Below, piece after piece: positions 52,713-64,000 of a DNA stretch of 64,000 nt (the first letter of the stretch is position 1; each line of letters begins with the position of its first letter). The notes beneath the pieces were generated by a model. That model made no database searches and was not told the DNA's origin. It worked only from the letters and a program-made list of their open reading frames with translations. Origin of the DNA: Octopus sinensis. Lineage: Eukaryota. The position numbers were made by a program, and so were the translations under genes. The DNA lies in NCBI RefSeq assembly GCF_006345805.1, contig NC_043002.1, forward strand, positions 74,462,001 through 74,526,000, in the 5' to 3' direction.

Positions 52713-52925
52713 GTTAATCCAAACATGAAAACACAAAGAGAAAACACAACAACGCGAGGACGTGGAACAAGTATAGTATTATTGGACACTCAGGAAAGAA
52801 GGAAAGAAGGAGGGTTTAACGTTTCGAGCGAAGCTCTTCGTCAGAAACATAGGAAAAGGGAAGATCCAAAGAAGGGAAGACGGAAGAAAAAAAATCGCCA
52901 ACGGTACACACGCGGTCACATTTTG
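52713..52925 (-). mobile_element. (TA)n-anchored short element with a hammerhead motif (Penelope-like terminus)
   Basis: Homologous to 11657-11880. Confidence 0.75.
52814..52848 (-). ncRNA. Minimal type I hammerhead ribozyme motif with an apparently intact core
   Basis: GTTT-CTGACGA-A-GAGC-ttc-GCTC-GAAA-CG-TT-AAAC: stem I 4 bp, stem II 4 bp, palindromic stem III ACGT, GUU cleavage triplet. Confidence 0.8.
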
Positions 52926-53544
52926 AATATATATATATATGTATGCATGTATGTATTTGTGTGTAGGTGTACGTATCTTTCAACAGTCAACAAGTGTGTG
53001 CATAGAAATACATATTTGTACGTATTCCTATGTGTGTGAGTATCATTGTATTCAAGTACATCATTATGAAGGAATACATAACATATCTATCTAGCTAATG
53101 CGTGTGTGTGTGTCTGAGTGTGCTCACGGGATTTTTGCTCATATGTACTCAAATGCATTTATTTTCTCTGTATTTTTACCCATTAATACAATGTATGCCT
53201 GACTATCTATACATTATATGTTCGTGCATATTAATCTGTATGTGTATATATGTCTGCGCGCACGCGTGTGTGTGCATGCGCGCGTGCACGTGTGCAAGTG
53301 GTCATTCTCTACCGATGAAGAATATATTGATGTATATAAATTGATAGTGTCTTCAAATATTTGTTTATTCATAAGCTACTTTTCATTAATTTTGATCTAC
53401 AACAATGACAACGCGTGTTTTACAGTAAACAGATATATACATATGCATACATAAATATATATACGCATATTTGTACACACACACACGCGCGCGCACACAG
53501 TTATGTTTACATATAGAAATACACATAAACGTATAATATATATA

Positions 53545-53745
53545 ATTCAAATTACAGAAAATAAAGACGAAGATAGGTGAAGGAACAACAAGCAGGTGTA
53601 TTAGTTTGACGCTCGGGAAGAATGGAAAAGCCTTTGACGCTTCGAGCCTACACTCATCGACAGAAAGAATTAAGAGGACAAAACGGAGAGAATGAAAAAC
53701 AACGGAGGGAGAAAAAATGTCTAGTGATTAACGGTTGAACATGAT
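53545..53745 (-). mobile_element. Diverged relative of the hammerhead-bearing element (motif at 53632-53667)
   Basis: CTTT-CTGTCGA-T-GAGT-gtag-GCTC-GAAG-CG-TC-AAAG. Confidence 0.6.
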
Positions 53746-53974
53746 GATAATGATGATGATGATAATATATATGATAAATCTCTGAACGAGGTATAGACAG
53801 TAACTGCACGACAATGTGAAGTATATTTGCAATCTAAATATGGCTAACCACTAAGGGTGGATGTTACTGTAGCTTGTAACCCCAGGAGAACATCTTCTCC
53901 AGCTGGCTATTGACACACTTTCTGTGCCCTATCGGTATTTGCAAAGGAAAGTCATCCTTCCCTCGTCAACCTAA

Positions 53975-54700
53975 GTGATACGCACGGACTGCAGTTTCTG
54001 GGTATTGACCCATCATCAGCGCACGAGTGCAGACGGCTGGCTGGCTGGCTGGATCCTGAAAACCTTGAGAACCAGAGAGCAGGAAACTATGATGATCCTC
54101 TGGAGGTCATTCGTCCTCAGCCATCTTGACATTCTGCTCCCAAATATGGTCACCCCACAGTGTAAAATTAACAGTGGACCTTGAAGCAGTCCAGCGAAGC
54201 TTCGCAAAGAAGATTCTCTCATCACAACAGTTCAGCTATTGGGAATGGCTGAAACAGTTAAGATTCTACTCCCTGGAACGAAGGCGGGAGAGATATGCAG
54301 TAATATACACCTGGAAGATCCTGGAAGGGATTGTGCCAAATTTTGGCATTGAAAGCTACACAAATGCTGGGACGGGTCACCACTACAGAGTGCCAAAGAT
54401 CCCAACAATGCCGTAGCGCTTCATACCAGTTATGGCAACGGCCTGGGTTTCAAGGACCCACAGCCTTTTTATATTGTGCCAAAGGGACTGAGGGTCCTAC
54501 ACAAAGAGGATGTAGGTGTTTTCAAAACAAAACTGGACCTCTTCCTGTCGAGAGTCTCAGATGAACCTACCTAGCGGCAGGAGGCGCAAATGAGGGCAGT
54601 GACATCAAACTCACTTACTCACCAAATGCCACATATCTGAGAACGCTCTCAATATTAACAGTGTAGCAAAACGGCTGTGCCCTAGCATGGCTACAGCTTC
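53975..54700 (+). mobile_element. CR1/L2-group LINE 3' fragment
   Basis: CSQIWSPH...LEAVQRSF...SYWEWLKQLRFYSLERRRERY..IYTWKILEG; later FKTKLDLFL. Confidence 0.85.
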
Positions 54701-54993
54701 GAGCTGAAACTGATTTTATGTGTGTGTGTGTGCGTGCGCGCGCGTGTGTGTGCGTGTGTGTGTGCGTGTGTATGTGTGTGTGTGTGTACATATACAAAGA
54801 AACTTAAAACACATTTTAAAAAAAATCTATATTGAAATTTTAAAAGACGTTTCGTTTTAAGTATGGCTAGTTTCAAATTTGTGCCAGTTGATTTCCCGAC
54901 ACATGACGTCATTTTCAGCAGTTTATGGAAAATTTTACTTAGTTTTTATATATTTGTGTGTTAAGATATAAATGTTTGTGTGTGTATACATAT

Positions 54994-55035
<42 letters not shown>

Positions 55036-55037
<2 letters not shown>

Positions 55038-55573
55038 TTGTACTCTTTTGTTTCAGGCATTTAACTGCGGCCATGCTGGAGCACCGCCTTTAGTCGAGCA
55101 AATCGACCGCAAAGTTTATTCTTTGTAAGTCGAACAGCTAAGTTACGGGGACGTAAACACTCCAGCATCGGTTGTCAAGTGTTGTTGGTGGGGGCAACAA
55201 ACACACACACATACATCATACATACATACATACATACATACATATACATATATATATATACATATACATACATACATACATACATACATACATACATACA
55301 TACATACATACACATACATACGCATACATATATACATACACATATATATATATACGACGAGCTTCTTTCAGATTCCGTCTACCAAATCCACTGACAAGGC
55401 TACACACAGAGAGGACAAACAAGGACAGACAAACGGATTAAGTCGATTATATCGATCCCAGTGCGTAACTGGTCCTTATTTAATCGACCCCGAAAGGATG
55501 AAAGGCAAAGTCCACCTCGGTGGAATTTGAACTCAGAACGTTGCGGCAGACGAAATACCGCTAAGCATTTCGC
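55036..55573 (-). mobile_element. Chimeric SINE: family B body (55036-55400) fused to family C (55401-55573)
   Basis: Junction ccaaatccactgacaaggct|acacacagagaggacaaac. Confidence 0.8.
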
Positions 55574-55639
55574 ATGAGTTAAGCGTACCTTAATAGTTTA
55601 AAGCATGGGGTATTCGTTTGCTATCTACACCGGGACTTC

Positions 55640-55896
55640 AGCGCAATCACCGTGGGAGCAGGGACAGCCGAGGAGGGACGGATTCGGTCAGCGGAGCAGA
55701 AACGTCAGATGCGTAAAGCCAGAGCCGCCTGCACCAGTAGCACGGCCCCTACCCACTTCTGCCCCACCTGTGGGAGGGGCTTCCTTGCCCGGATTGGCCT
55801 CATCAGCCACCTCAGGTCTCATGGCGGCAGTTCCATCAGATGGTGTCAGTTGGTCATCTTCGAACCGAAGGACGAACATTATTATTATTATTATTA
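55640..55896 (+). mobile_element. RTE (BovB-like) LINE 3' end
   Basis: AEQKRQMRKARA...FCPTCGRGFLARIGLISHLRSH C2H2 terminus and (ATT)n tail. Confidence 0.85.
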
Positions 55897-56316
55897 CACC
55901 GGGACTTAATTTTTTTTTTCGGATTAATTCATCTTATACGTCATGGGAGACGAATGCATTTGCTAAAAGTTTGTATAATGCAGGCTGCCTAATCGAATGA
56001 AGACTTTTGCAAATCTTGTACCTAAGATACACTTTCAGTTTCATGCTTATTTATTATTAAGGCAACAGGATACATACCAGGCCTGGAGCAAAGTGAGGCT
56101 GAACATGGGTTCTTAGGGGGGACCATTCAGGACAAATGATTGCAGTATGTGAGACTATAAAAATGTGCAAGAGCCTCTTAAGGTTTAAAGGAAGATGAAC
56201 AAAACAAAATGCTTTCCTTCACAACCTTGCAACCAAGTAGGTGGCCAATAAAGATTTATTCTAAATTAAAACGAGAAAGAGAAAAACATGCATACATACA
56301 TATATGCGTGTACGCG

Positions 56317-56450
<134 letters not shown>

Positions 56451-56455
56451 TTATC

Positions 56456-56486
<31 letters not shown>

Positions 56487-56530
56487 CTATCTATTTATGT
56501 GTGTGTGAGTGTGTGTGAGTGAGTGAGTGT

Positions 56531-56619
<89 letters not shown>

Positions 56620-56920
56620 TTAGTGTACACTTAAACACCTCTTATGTGTTTAAATGTACACTAATTTTATATGAATAATATATAGTTTATTGACTATTTT
56701 CTGTATGCTAGTGAACTGATAGAAAAATTTCCATAATTTTCCTACCCTGTATATTTTCCTAATATATGTATATATAGAGAGAGGGGGGAGAAAAAGTACA
56801 TACATACATACATACATACGTACGTACATACATACATACATACATACATACATACATACATACATACATACATACATACATCTACATACATACATACATA
56901 TACACATACATATATACATA

Positions 56921-56985
56921 GATGAGCTGGGAGGATATACAATACACCACAGCGAGCGCATCACAGATTAAAAGCCACAGTCATT

Positions 56986-57028
<43 letters not shown>

Positions 57029-57095
57029 ATATACATACTTACGTACGTACTTACGTACGCTCGCTGTGGTGCATTGTATATCCTCCCAGCTCATC
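56921..57095. mobile_element. TA-flanked MITE-like inverted repeat (38-bp arms) around a (TG)n tract
   Basis: gatgagctgggaggatatacaatacaccacagcgagcg / cgctcgctgtggtgcattgtatatcctcccagctcatc. Confidence 0.8.
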
Positions 57096-58449
57096 TATTA
57101 TTCCAACTTTTCCTAGCGGATGATTCAGTTATAGTTTAAATCATTACAGTGAAATCAGTGTATTAATGTAGGATGATTATGTAAAAACACACAACGCAAT
57201 TACAACTTGTTTTTTTTTCTTCGTTATTTTAACACTATTGTAGAAATCAGTACAGCAAACATTACATGAATACATCTTGTTGGAGGAATTAATTAGTCCT
57301 CCATTACTGATTATATTACCGATACACTATATTTGTTATAATCTTTCTTGCTGTCATTACACATATTTATTATAAGATTGCTTAGATACTTAAATGACCC
57401 TAGTGAGTGAGGAAGCCGACTTCAATATTTTGCTATTAGTTGAATTCCCCTCGGAGTCGATTTAACCTTTCAAACTTACTGATATTGTTGAATTGTCTGC
57501 TTATATTTATCGTCTGCAAGAAAAATTGTCCTTGAGGTCATTATTGTGGTTGTGGGGTATTGTGATGTGGTGGTGGTGGTGGTGGTGGTGGTGGTGGTGG
57601 TGGTTGTGGTGGGGTGGTGGTGGTGGTGGTGGTGGTGGTGGTCGGGGATTAACAAATTCGCTTCACAAAATAAAAACACGGTTCCACGTTCAATCACTCT
57701 GTGTCACATTGGGCGCGTATTTCTCTCCGACTATAGCCTCGGGTTTACTGAAGACTTGTGAGTGCAGCTTCATCTGCAAAAAACCATTAGAACATTCATC
57801 CATCCATTCATCCATCCATTCATCCATCCATCGATCCATCCATCCATCCATCCATCCATCCATCCATCCATCCATACATACATACATACATACATACATA
57901 CATTCATGCATGGATACATACATGCACACATACACACAAACATGCATACCTATGTACATGCATACAAACGTACATATATGTACATACATACATACAGACA
58001 GACAGACAGTTTTACAAACATACTTGCATACATAACATAGTACATACAAACGTACATACACACATACATGCATACGCGCGTACATACATACGAAAGTACC
58101 TATGGACGTATGTTTGCATGTCTGTATGTTTTCATGCATGTATATAGGGGGTTGTAAATAATTGATTGGAACCTTTCCATCAATTATTTCCCTAGCAATC
58201 AATTAATTTTAATTGGAATACAAGCCAATTAAATATTGCAATTAATTGTCAATTATTTTGTCGAACTTAAAAACACCATATATTTTGAAGTGTTAGCTTC
58301 GATTTAGATAAGAGCCAAAATGATAGGAAAATAAAAGGCACGTCTTATAGTTTCAAAAAATGTTATCAGAAAACGTTCGATGTTCAATTTTATTGATTTA
58401 GATAGGGAACAAACAACATGTATACTCTACATTGTACAGAAGTTCAAAA

Positions 58450-60001
58450 AACAAATAAATTGAAGGTCTTAATTGAAAGAGTTTCTCAAACTAGTAGCAC
58501 AATTAAAATGTTCTAATATAGCAAAAGGTCATGAACGATTGCAGATTTCTGAAACTAGGTCTTCATCACAGAAAGCGCGATTGACTTTTAGAAATAATTG
58601 CATTTCTAAATTCATTGGTGAAAATCATTAAATACATAACCTGCTGAGCTGAAGAAATGTTCCAAGATGTTGACGTTGATGAGAAAAATCTACAGTTCAG
58701 ATATTGCTGAGGTGAAATTTTATCTTTTTTGTGATTTTTGAAACAAATTGAGGCAAAATCATCATCTTCTACAGGTAAATCAGACTGTTGTGACGTGTCC
58801 GTCACCACTTTAACCACTTCATCCGCAGTTAGCTCTGCTTCTGCATGTTGTAAAATTTTCACAGCTCCAATTTCAAAATCTGGGCTATGCACAATGGCAG
58901 CTTATAGAAGCAAATATTTTCTAAACTCTTCGTAAGGATACAATGCGAGAATTTCGTCAAAAAGAATTCGAGCATTTCCCAAATCTATTTCTGTGCTTTG
59001 CAAGGCAACTATTACTGAGCGTAACTTTCCTAAATTGTCTTTTAGAGTGTGCAGATCATTATGATCGCGTGGAGGAGATAATCAACCAGCTTTGGATCGC
59101 TTTGAAAAGAGTGTAAAAACGGCTTGAGTTGGATGTCATAAGTACTGGACCAACGGGTTTTACTTCTTTGTATAGGTTGCAAAGACGTTTTCCCCTGAGT
59201 TTACCCGTAAGTTTTAATGATTTTAACTTGCCCATCAACATATTAATTTTATCAAGCAGAAGTTCTTGCTTCTCGAGATAAGTAGAAACAGCTAGATTGA
59301 ATTTATGAGAGGCACACCCAATCAATGATACTCTACACAAATTCGCTATAGATTTGTTCACTTCAGTATTATCTCCGGTAATAGCTACATTTTCTAAATT
59401 TTTGTTATAGACACTTAACACATACTCTATAAATTCGACATAATAAGAAGTAGTGATTGATTTTTCACTTACCATTGGCGAAAATGCCAGCAAAACAGTA
59501 CAATAGTAATTTTGATATTTGCGCGAATAAGATGCAAAAAGTCCAATGAAATGCGTCGAACCCTTAGTCCAATCGTCGATTACCAACGAAAATTTACTTG
59601 GAAGTTCATCAGATATTTTCTTTCCGCTTCTTGAGTAAGTTTCTCCATGTATTTCTTTAAGATCACATTTGTCATACTTCCCAAGTTCGTGTACTTACGA
59701 GTCAGTGGGTCTTCACTAAAGGAAAACGGTTTTAAACCAACACATACCCACTCAATCCAACCATAAGTATTTATAGCCGAGCGACTGACCAAACTACTTC
59801 TTGGTGAAAGAAAACTCGATAAAGATGGTTGTCCAGTTGTTTGTGTAGTAGAATACTCTGGATGCTGGTCTTTTATATGATTCATAAGATTTGTGCATCC
59901 AGTTCCTTTCTTCTGGGTCAACTTTTTTCCACACTTGTATTTCTATACATGTTCCCTGTCTGTTTGGCTAAAATATTTTCTGATGATTTGCTCGTTTTCA
60001 T
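58450..60001 (-). pseudogene. hAT-like transposase, multiply frameshifted
   Basis: BED-like KCGKKLTQKKGTGCTNLMNHIKDQH, IDDWT, ITGDN, IGCASHKFNLAV and a dimerisation-domain remnant. Confidence 0.8.
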
Positions 60002-60156
60002 GCAACATGGATTAGTTTAAAATAAAAGATATTTCGCCACAGTTTAAAATAGAAGATATTTCGCCACTCCACTGATGAAAGTCTGATTCGGTTAATATGT
60101 TGGAGCGGAATTCAAGGTACAACCGCATTGCAGGCAAAGTTACGATTTAATGACTT

Positions 60157-60450
60157 AATCATTCTCGGCAGTTAGAACTAAGACTCACTCGACAGGGATT
60201 ATTTGACAACATACACAATAGCCAATTTCCAAACACGACAGATTGTGTGAATCATTCTCAGCAGTCTTAACCAAGCATCAACACTCGACAGCGGTTATTT
60301 AACAACATATACAATAACCAAATCCCAAGCATGATAGAATGTGTATCATTCTCAGCAGTCCAAATCAAGCATCAACGCTTGACAACAGTCAATTCCTAAG
60401 TACGACCGAATGTGTGAATCATTCTCAGCAGTAAGAACAAAGCGTCAACA
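60157..60450. repeat. Subterminal tandem repeat of the hAT element (~75-95-bp unit, ~4 copies)
   Basis: Repeated atcattctc(a/g)gcagt...caacactcgacag units. Confidence 0.8.
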
Positions 60451-60466
60451 CAATACCTCAAATAAT

Positions 60467-60620
60467 CTTCTTTTCTACTCTAGGCACAAGGCCCGAAACT
60501 TTTGGGGAGGGGGCCAATCTATTAGATCGACCCCAGTACTTAATTTATCGACCCCGAAAGGATGAAAGGTAAAGTCGACCTCGGCGGAATTTGAACTCAG
60601 ACTGTAAAGACAGACGAAAA
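60467..60620 (-). mobile_element. Family C SINE inserted in the hAT element with a 15-bp TSD
   Basis: aatacctcaaataat at 60452-60466 and 60623-60637. Confidence 0.9.
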
Positions 60621-61975
60621 TAAATACCTCAAATAATAACAAAACGCTGTATTTGCCAATTGAAAGTTGAACGAAGTATAAGCTATTTGAAAAACTTTCG
60701 CTGACAATATTGCAATTAACTGCAATTAATTGCTATTAATTGATATGATAGCAATCAATTATTTAATTGGCAGTACGACTCTAATCAATTAATTGGACCA
60801 ATATATTGCAATTAATTTTTCATCAATTAATTTTTTTACAACCCCTGATGTATACATATGAGAAAAGCAGAATCGATATGTCGAACTGGCATATCTTCTA
60901 GTACTTGACTACGACCTGGATCTTTCCTTTGCACATTAGCTGACTCTGTCGCTCGTCAAACAAGGTCAATAGATTAAGTAACAGACGAAGTACCGAAATC
61001 AATACAATCGATTATAAGCCTTGGTGATATTCCAGTATGGTCGTAGTTCAATGACTGGAACCAGCAAAAGAATAAAAGCCGATATTGAGTCCTAGTAACG
61101 GCTGAGATAATACAGAACTCTAAATGCTTTATTATGCTATATAAAGTTCGTTTCTTTGTCATTCTTACCTCATACAACAGATTATTTTTTTTAATTTTTC
61201 ATTCTACTTGAGTCAATATCAAAAGTGTCAATAATATACCAGGTTTGATTCCAATCGACACCACAGGCTAACAAAGTTTCTGCCTCAGCAAAAGAAATCA
61301 TTATAAAATAACATGTGCTAGAAAAGAAATAGCTGATACGATAGAGCGATGGTCAAAACGCACTACATTTTTAAATCGGATTTCATTTTTTCTCATTCCA
61401 AATATCAGCAAGTCATACGTTCTCGTTCGACCCACCGAGTTCAATAAAATTAGTATCAATAAAACGACATTTTCGATTTAATCATATATCATTATGTGGT
61501 TTACACAAAGAAAGAAATGACAGTATTCATTACTTTTTTACAGAACCTCTTAGAATGGCAAGGAAATTGAAAAAAAAATTGTGATAGTTAAGTGACTGGT
61601 GGAATTTTTGAAGGTATTAATATGGTCTTTCCTAAATGTATGTAATAGAGAATAGCTTACCCGTCATCTCTATAGAAGCCAATATCTATTGAGGTAAATA
61701 TCTTATGACGTGCATGTAGTACATATAAGCCATGATCATATATCTCTGCATTAGCAAGCAAGCCCTTATTGACGTCAAATGAATATGTTGGATCCAACGT
61801 TTTAAACCAATCTTTAATGTTATTTTAATGCATTCTTTATGTTTTCAACCCTTTAACATACCATACACTTTTCCAGATAGCAGAATTTATGCATTGTACC
61901 TTCCATGTGTTTTTCGCCTTCACCTTAGATATTTCTAGCCCTTCAAAGAAAATAACCAACTCATAACCATATATA

Positions 61976-62021
<46 letters not shown>

Positions 62022-62315
62022 CGAGATCGGAAAAAACATTCGAGCGAGGTCGTTGCCAGTGCTGCTGGACTGGCTCCTGCGCAGGTGGCACGTAGAAAAC
62101 ACCATTTGAGCGTGGCCGTGGCCAGTACCGCCTGACTGGCCCTCGTGCCGCTGGCGTTAGGAAGGGCATACAGCTGTAGAAACTCTGCCAGATCAGATTG
62201 GAGCCTGGTGCAGCCATCTGGTTCGCCAGGCCTCAGTCAAATCGTCCAACCCATGCTAGCATGGAAAGCGGACGTTAAACGATGATGATGCTGATGATGA
62301 TGATGCTGATGATGA

Positions 62316-62359
<44 letters not shown>

Positions 62360-63182
62360 TGTGTGTGTGAGGGAGAGAGAGGGAGGGAGAGACAGACAGA
62401 CAGACAAACAGAGACACAATAACAAACATGCACGGACACATAAACACCCACTCATAGATACATGCACACACATGCGCGCTCAAAGATACACACAAACCAG
62501 TAAACACAAAGTCAATGCTATTTACGTAAATCAACCTTATTGCATCATGAAAGCTGAGAAAAATGAAGGTAAAAATACCTTCGAAATAGTTCCGTGACAG
62601 GATGTGAGAAAATCATTCAAGTGTAGTGTTGGCAGAACAGCAAAATATGGTCAGTTGTTGTCACGTATGGCTGTGTATAGTCCAAATGGACTACTTTTAC
62701 ATGTAAAGTTTCTAGGAAGTTCCATCTAAAACAATAACTTTCCAGAACAAAAGACTATCTCCAAGGAAATTGCATCAGGTTTTGAAAGCACAATTTGCGT
62801 GTGTGTGTACGTGTTCGTGTGTGTACTTGCACACGCACACACATATATGTTCATATTTAAATATGTATATGTGTGTATGAATGTGTGTATGTATGTAAAC
62901 ATACATACATACATACATACATGTTTAAACAGTAGTTAACGCCCTTTCTGCCAGCCACCCCTCATACAGTCTGAATGAATGTATTTAGAAGTTCTATTTA
63001 CGGAATACTAATTGTTTATCGTGTCAACTTCTTTTGGTCCCACGCCTGCAAACAACTCACCGCTAACTTTAAAGATATTTGCCCGCACTCTCCTACGTAC
63101 AAATGCGCATGATTGCATGCATACATGTACACACACACACCATATGTATTTTATCTGGTAATATAAATATTAAACAAATTAA

Positions 63183-63360
63183 GACGGCGAGCTGGCAGAA
63201 TCGTTAGCACGCTGGGCAAAATGCTTAGCAGCATTTCATCCGTTCTGAGTTCAAATCCTGTCGATGTCGGCTGTGCCGTTCATCCTTCGAGCTCGATAAA
63301 ATGAGTTTCAGTTTAGTACTGGGCTCGATTGCTGTCCTTTTGCCAAAATTTGAAACCAAT
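63183..63360 (+). mobile_element. Family C SINE, diverged
   Basis: gacggcgagctggcagaatcgttagcacg...ttctgagttcaaat. Confidence 0.75.
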
Positions 63361-63486
63361 ATTATGCACCAAGATAAGTTTATTAAGTCTATTTAAATAC
63401 CTTGGCGACACCTGCACTCGTTCACCTAAGTTTTAATTTTCATATTATCTCGATTATAAAAAATCAAAATGCAATAAAGTCATAAA

Positions 63487-64000
63487 CAGGGTGCGGAGAA
63501 TAAACTGTCATCTAAATTACGCAAGAATGAAAAGAACACTGATATCTCATTTTAACAGATATATTTACCAAAATTACATAAAAATATCTTGAAATACTAA
63601 AGAGTAAATTTATTCAATAATATCGCCATTGGCTTCAACCACGGTCTCCAGTCGACTTCGGAATCTCCTGCAACTCTTCTGGACGGTCTCCTTGTTTAAG
63701 TTGATGAATGCTGCCATAATCCTTGCCTTCAGTTCATCTTTGGTGTAACAAGGAGTTCTGTTGGCCACTCGCTCAACTGCGCCCCACACATAATAATCAA
63801 AGGGATTGCAGTTTGGGGAGTTAGGGAGGTGATGTAGTCTCAGAAATTGTCTGATAGCCATGACAGGGTTCTCCTGCTTGTATGGCATAGTGCAGAGTCC
63901 TATTCTCAGACATAGTGTCTTCCAGCGGCCTTTTGACCCAGGGCAGCACTACATCCTCCTGGCGCTTGATGTAGACCTACGAGTTCAGTTTGAGGCCGTG
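63487..64000 (-). mobile_element. DD37D (maT)-type mariner 3' end, running off the window
   Basis: PNSPNCNPFDYYVWGAVER...CRRFRSRLETVVEANGDIIE; terminus cagggtg at 63487. Confidence 0.8.

Larger units (their letters stand above)
58145..60847 (-). mobile_element. Full-length decayed hAT-superfamily transposon
   Basis: TIRs tagggggttgtaaa / tttacaacccctg; flanks share atgtata; caattaattg-type subterminal motifs at both ends. Confidence 0.85.

Overview
Eukaryotic, AT-rich, repeat-dominated DNA. The SINE families, microsatellite density and transposon mix suggest a coleoid cephalopod, probably Octopus; this is inference from repeat content. No intact host protein-coding gene is recognisable, and most of the supplied ORFs are translations of microsatellites. 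The window holds at least six SINE-like families, decayed full-length Tc1, mariner and hAT transposons, and fragments of DD37D mariners, a Helitron helicase and non-LTR retroelements (RTE, L1/Tx1, CR1/L2, REL-type, Penelope). Several MITEs have clear TIRs and TSDs. Three observations stand out. (1) A ~0.6-kb hAT-type element with TIRs and an 8-bp TSD carries a truncated histone H2B coding fragment, which looks like Pack-type gene capture. (2) Short (TA)n-anchored elements carry minimal type I hammerhead ribozyme motifs, one apparently intact and with compensatory stem changes between copies; further degenerate motifs occur, one downstream of a Penelope GIY-YIG ORF. (3) There are many fold-back structures, including a 138-bp perfect spacerless palindrome and a MITE built from two copies of the same transposon end. 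All coordinates were read by eye and are approximate except where TIR/TSD ends are quoted.
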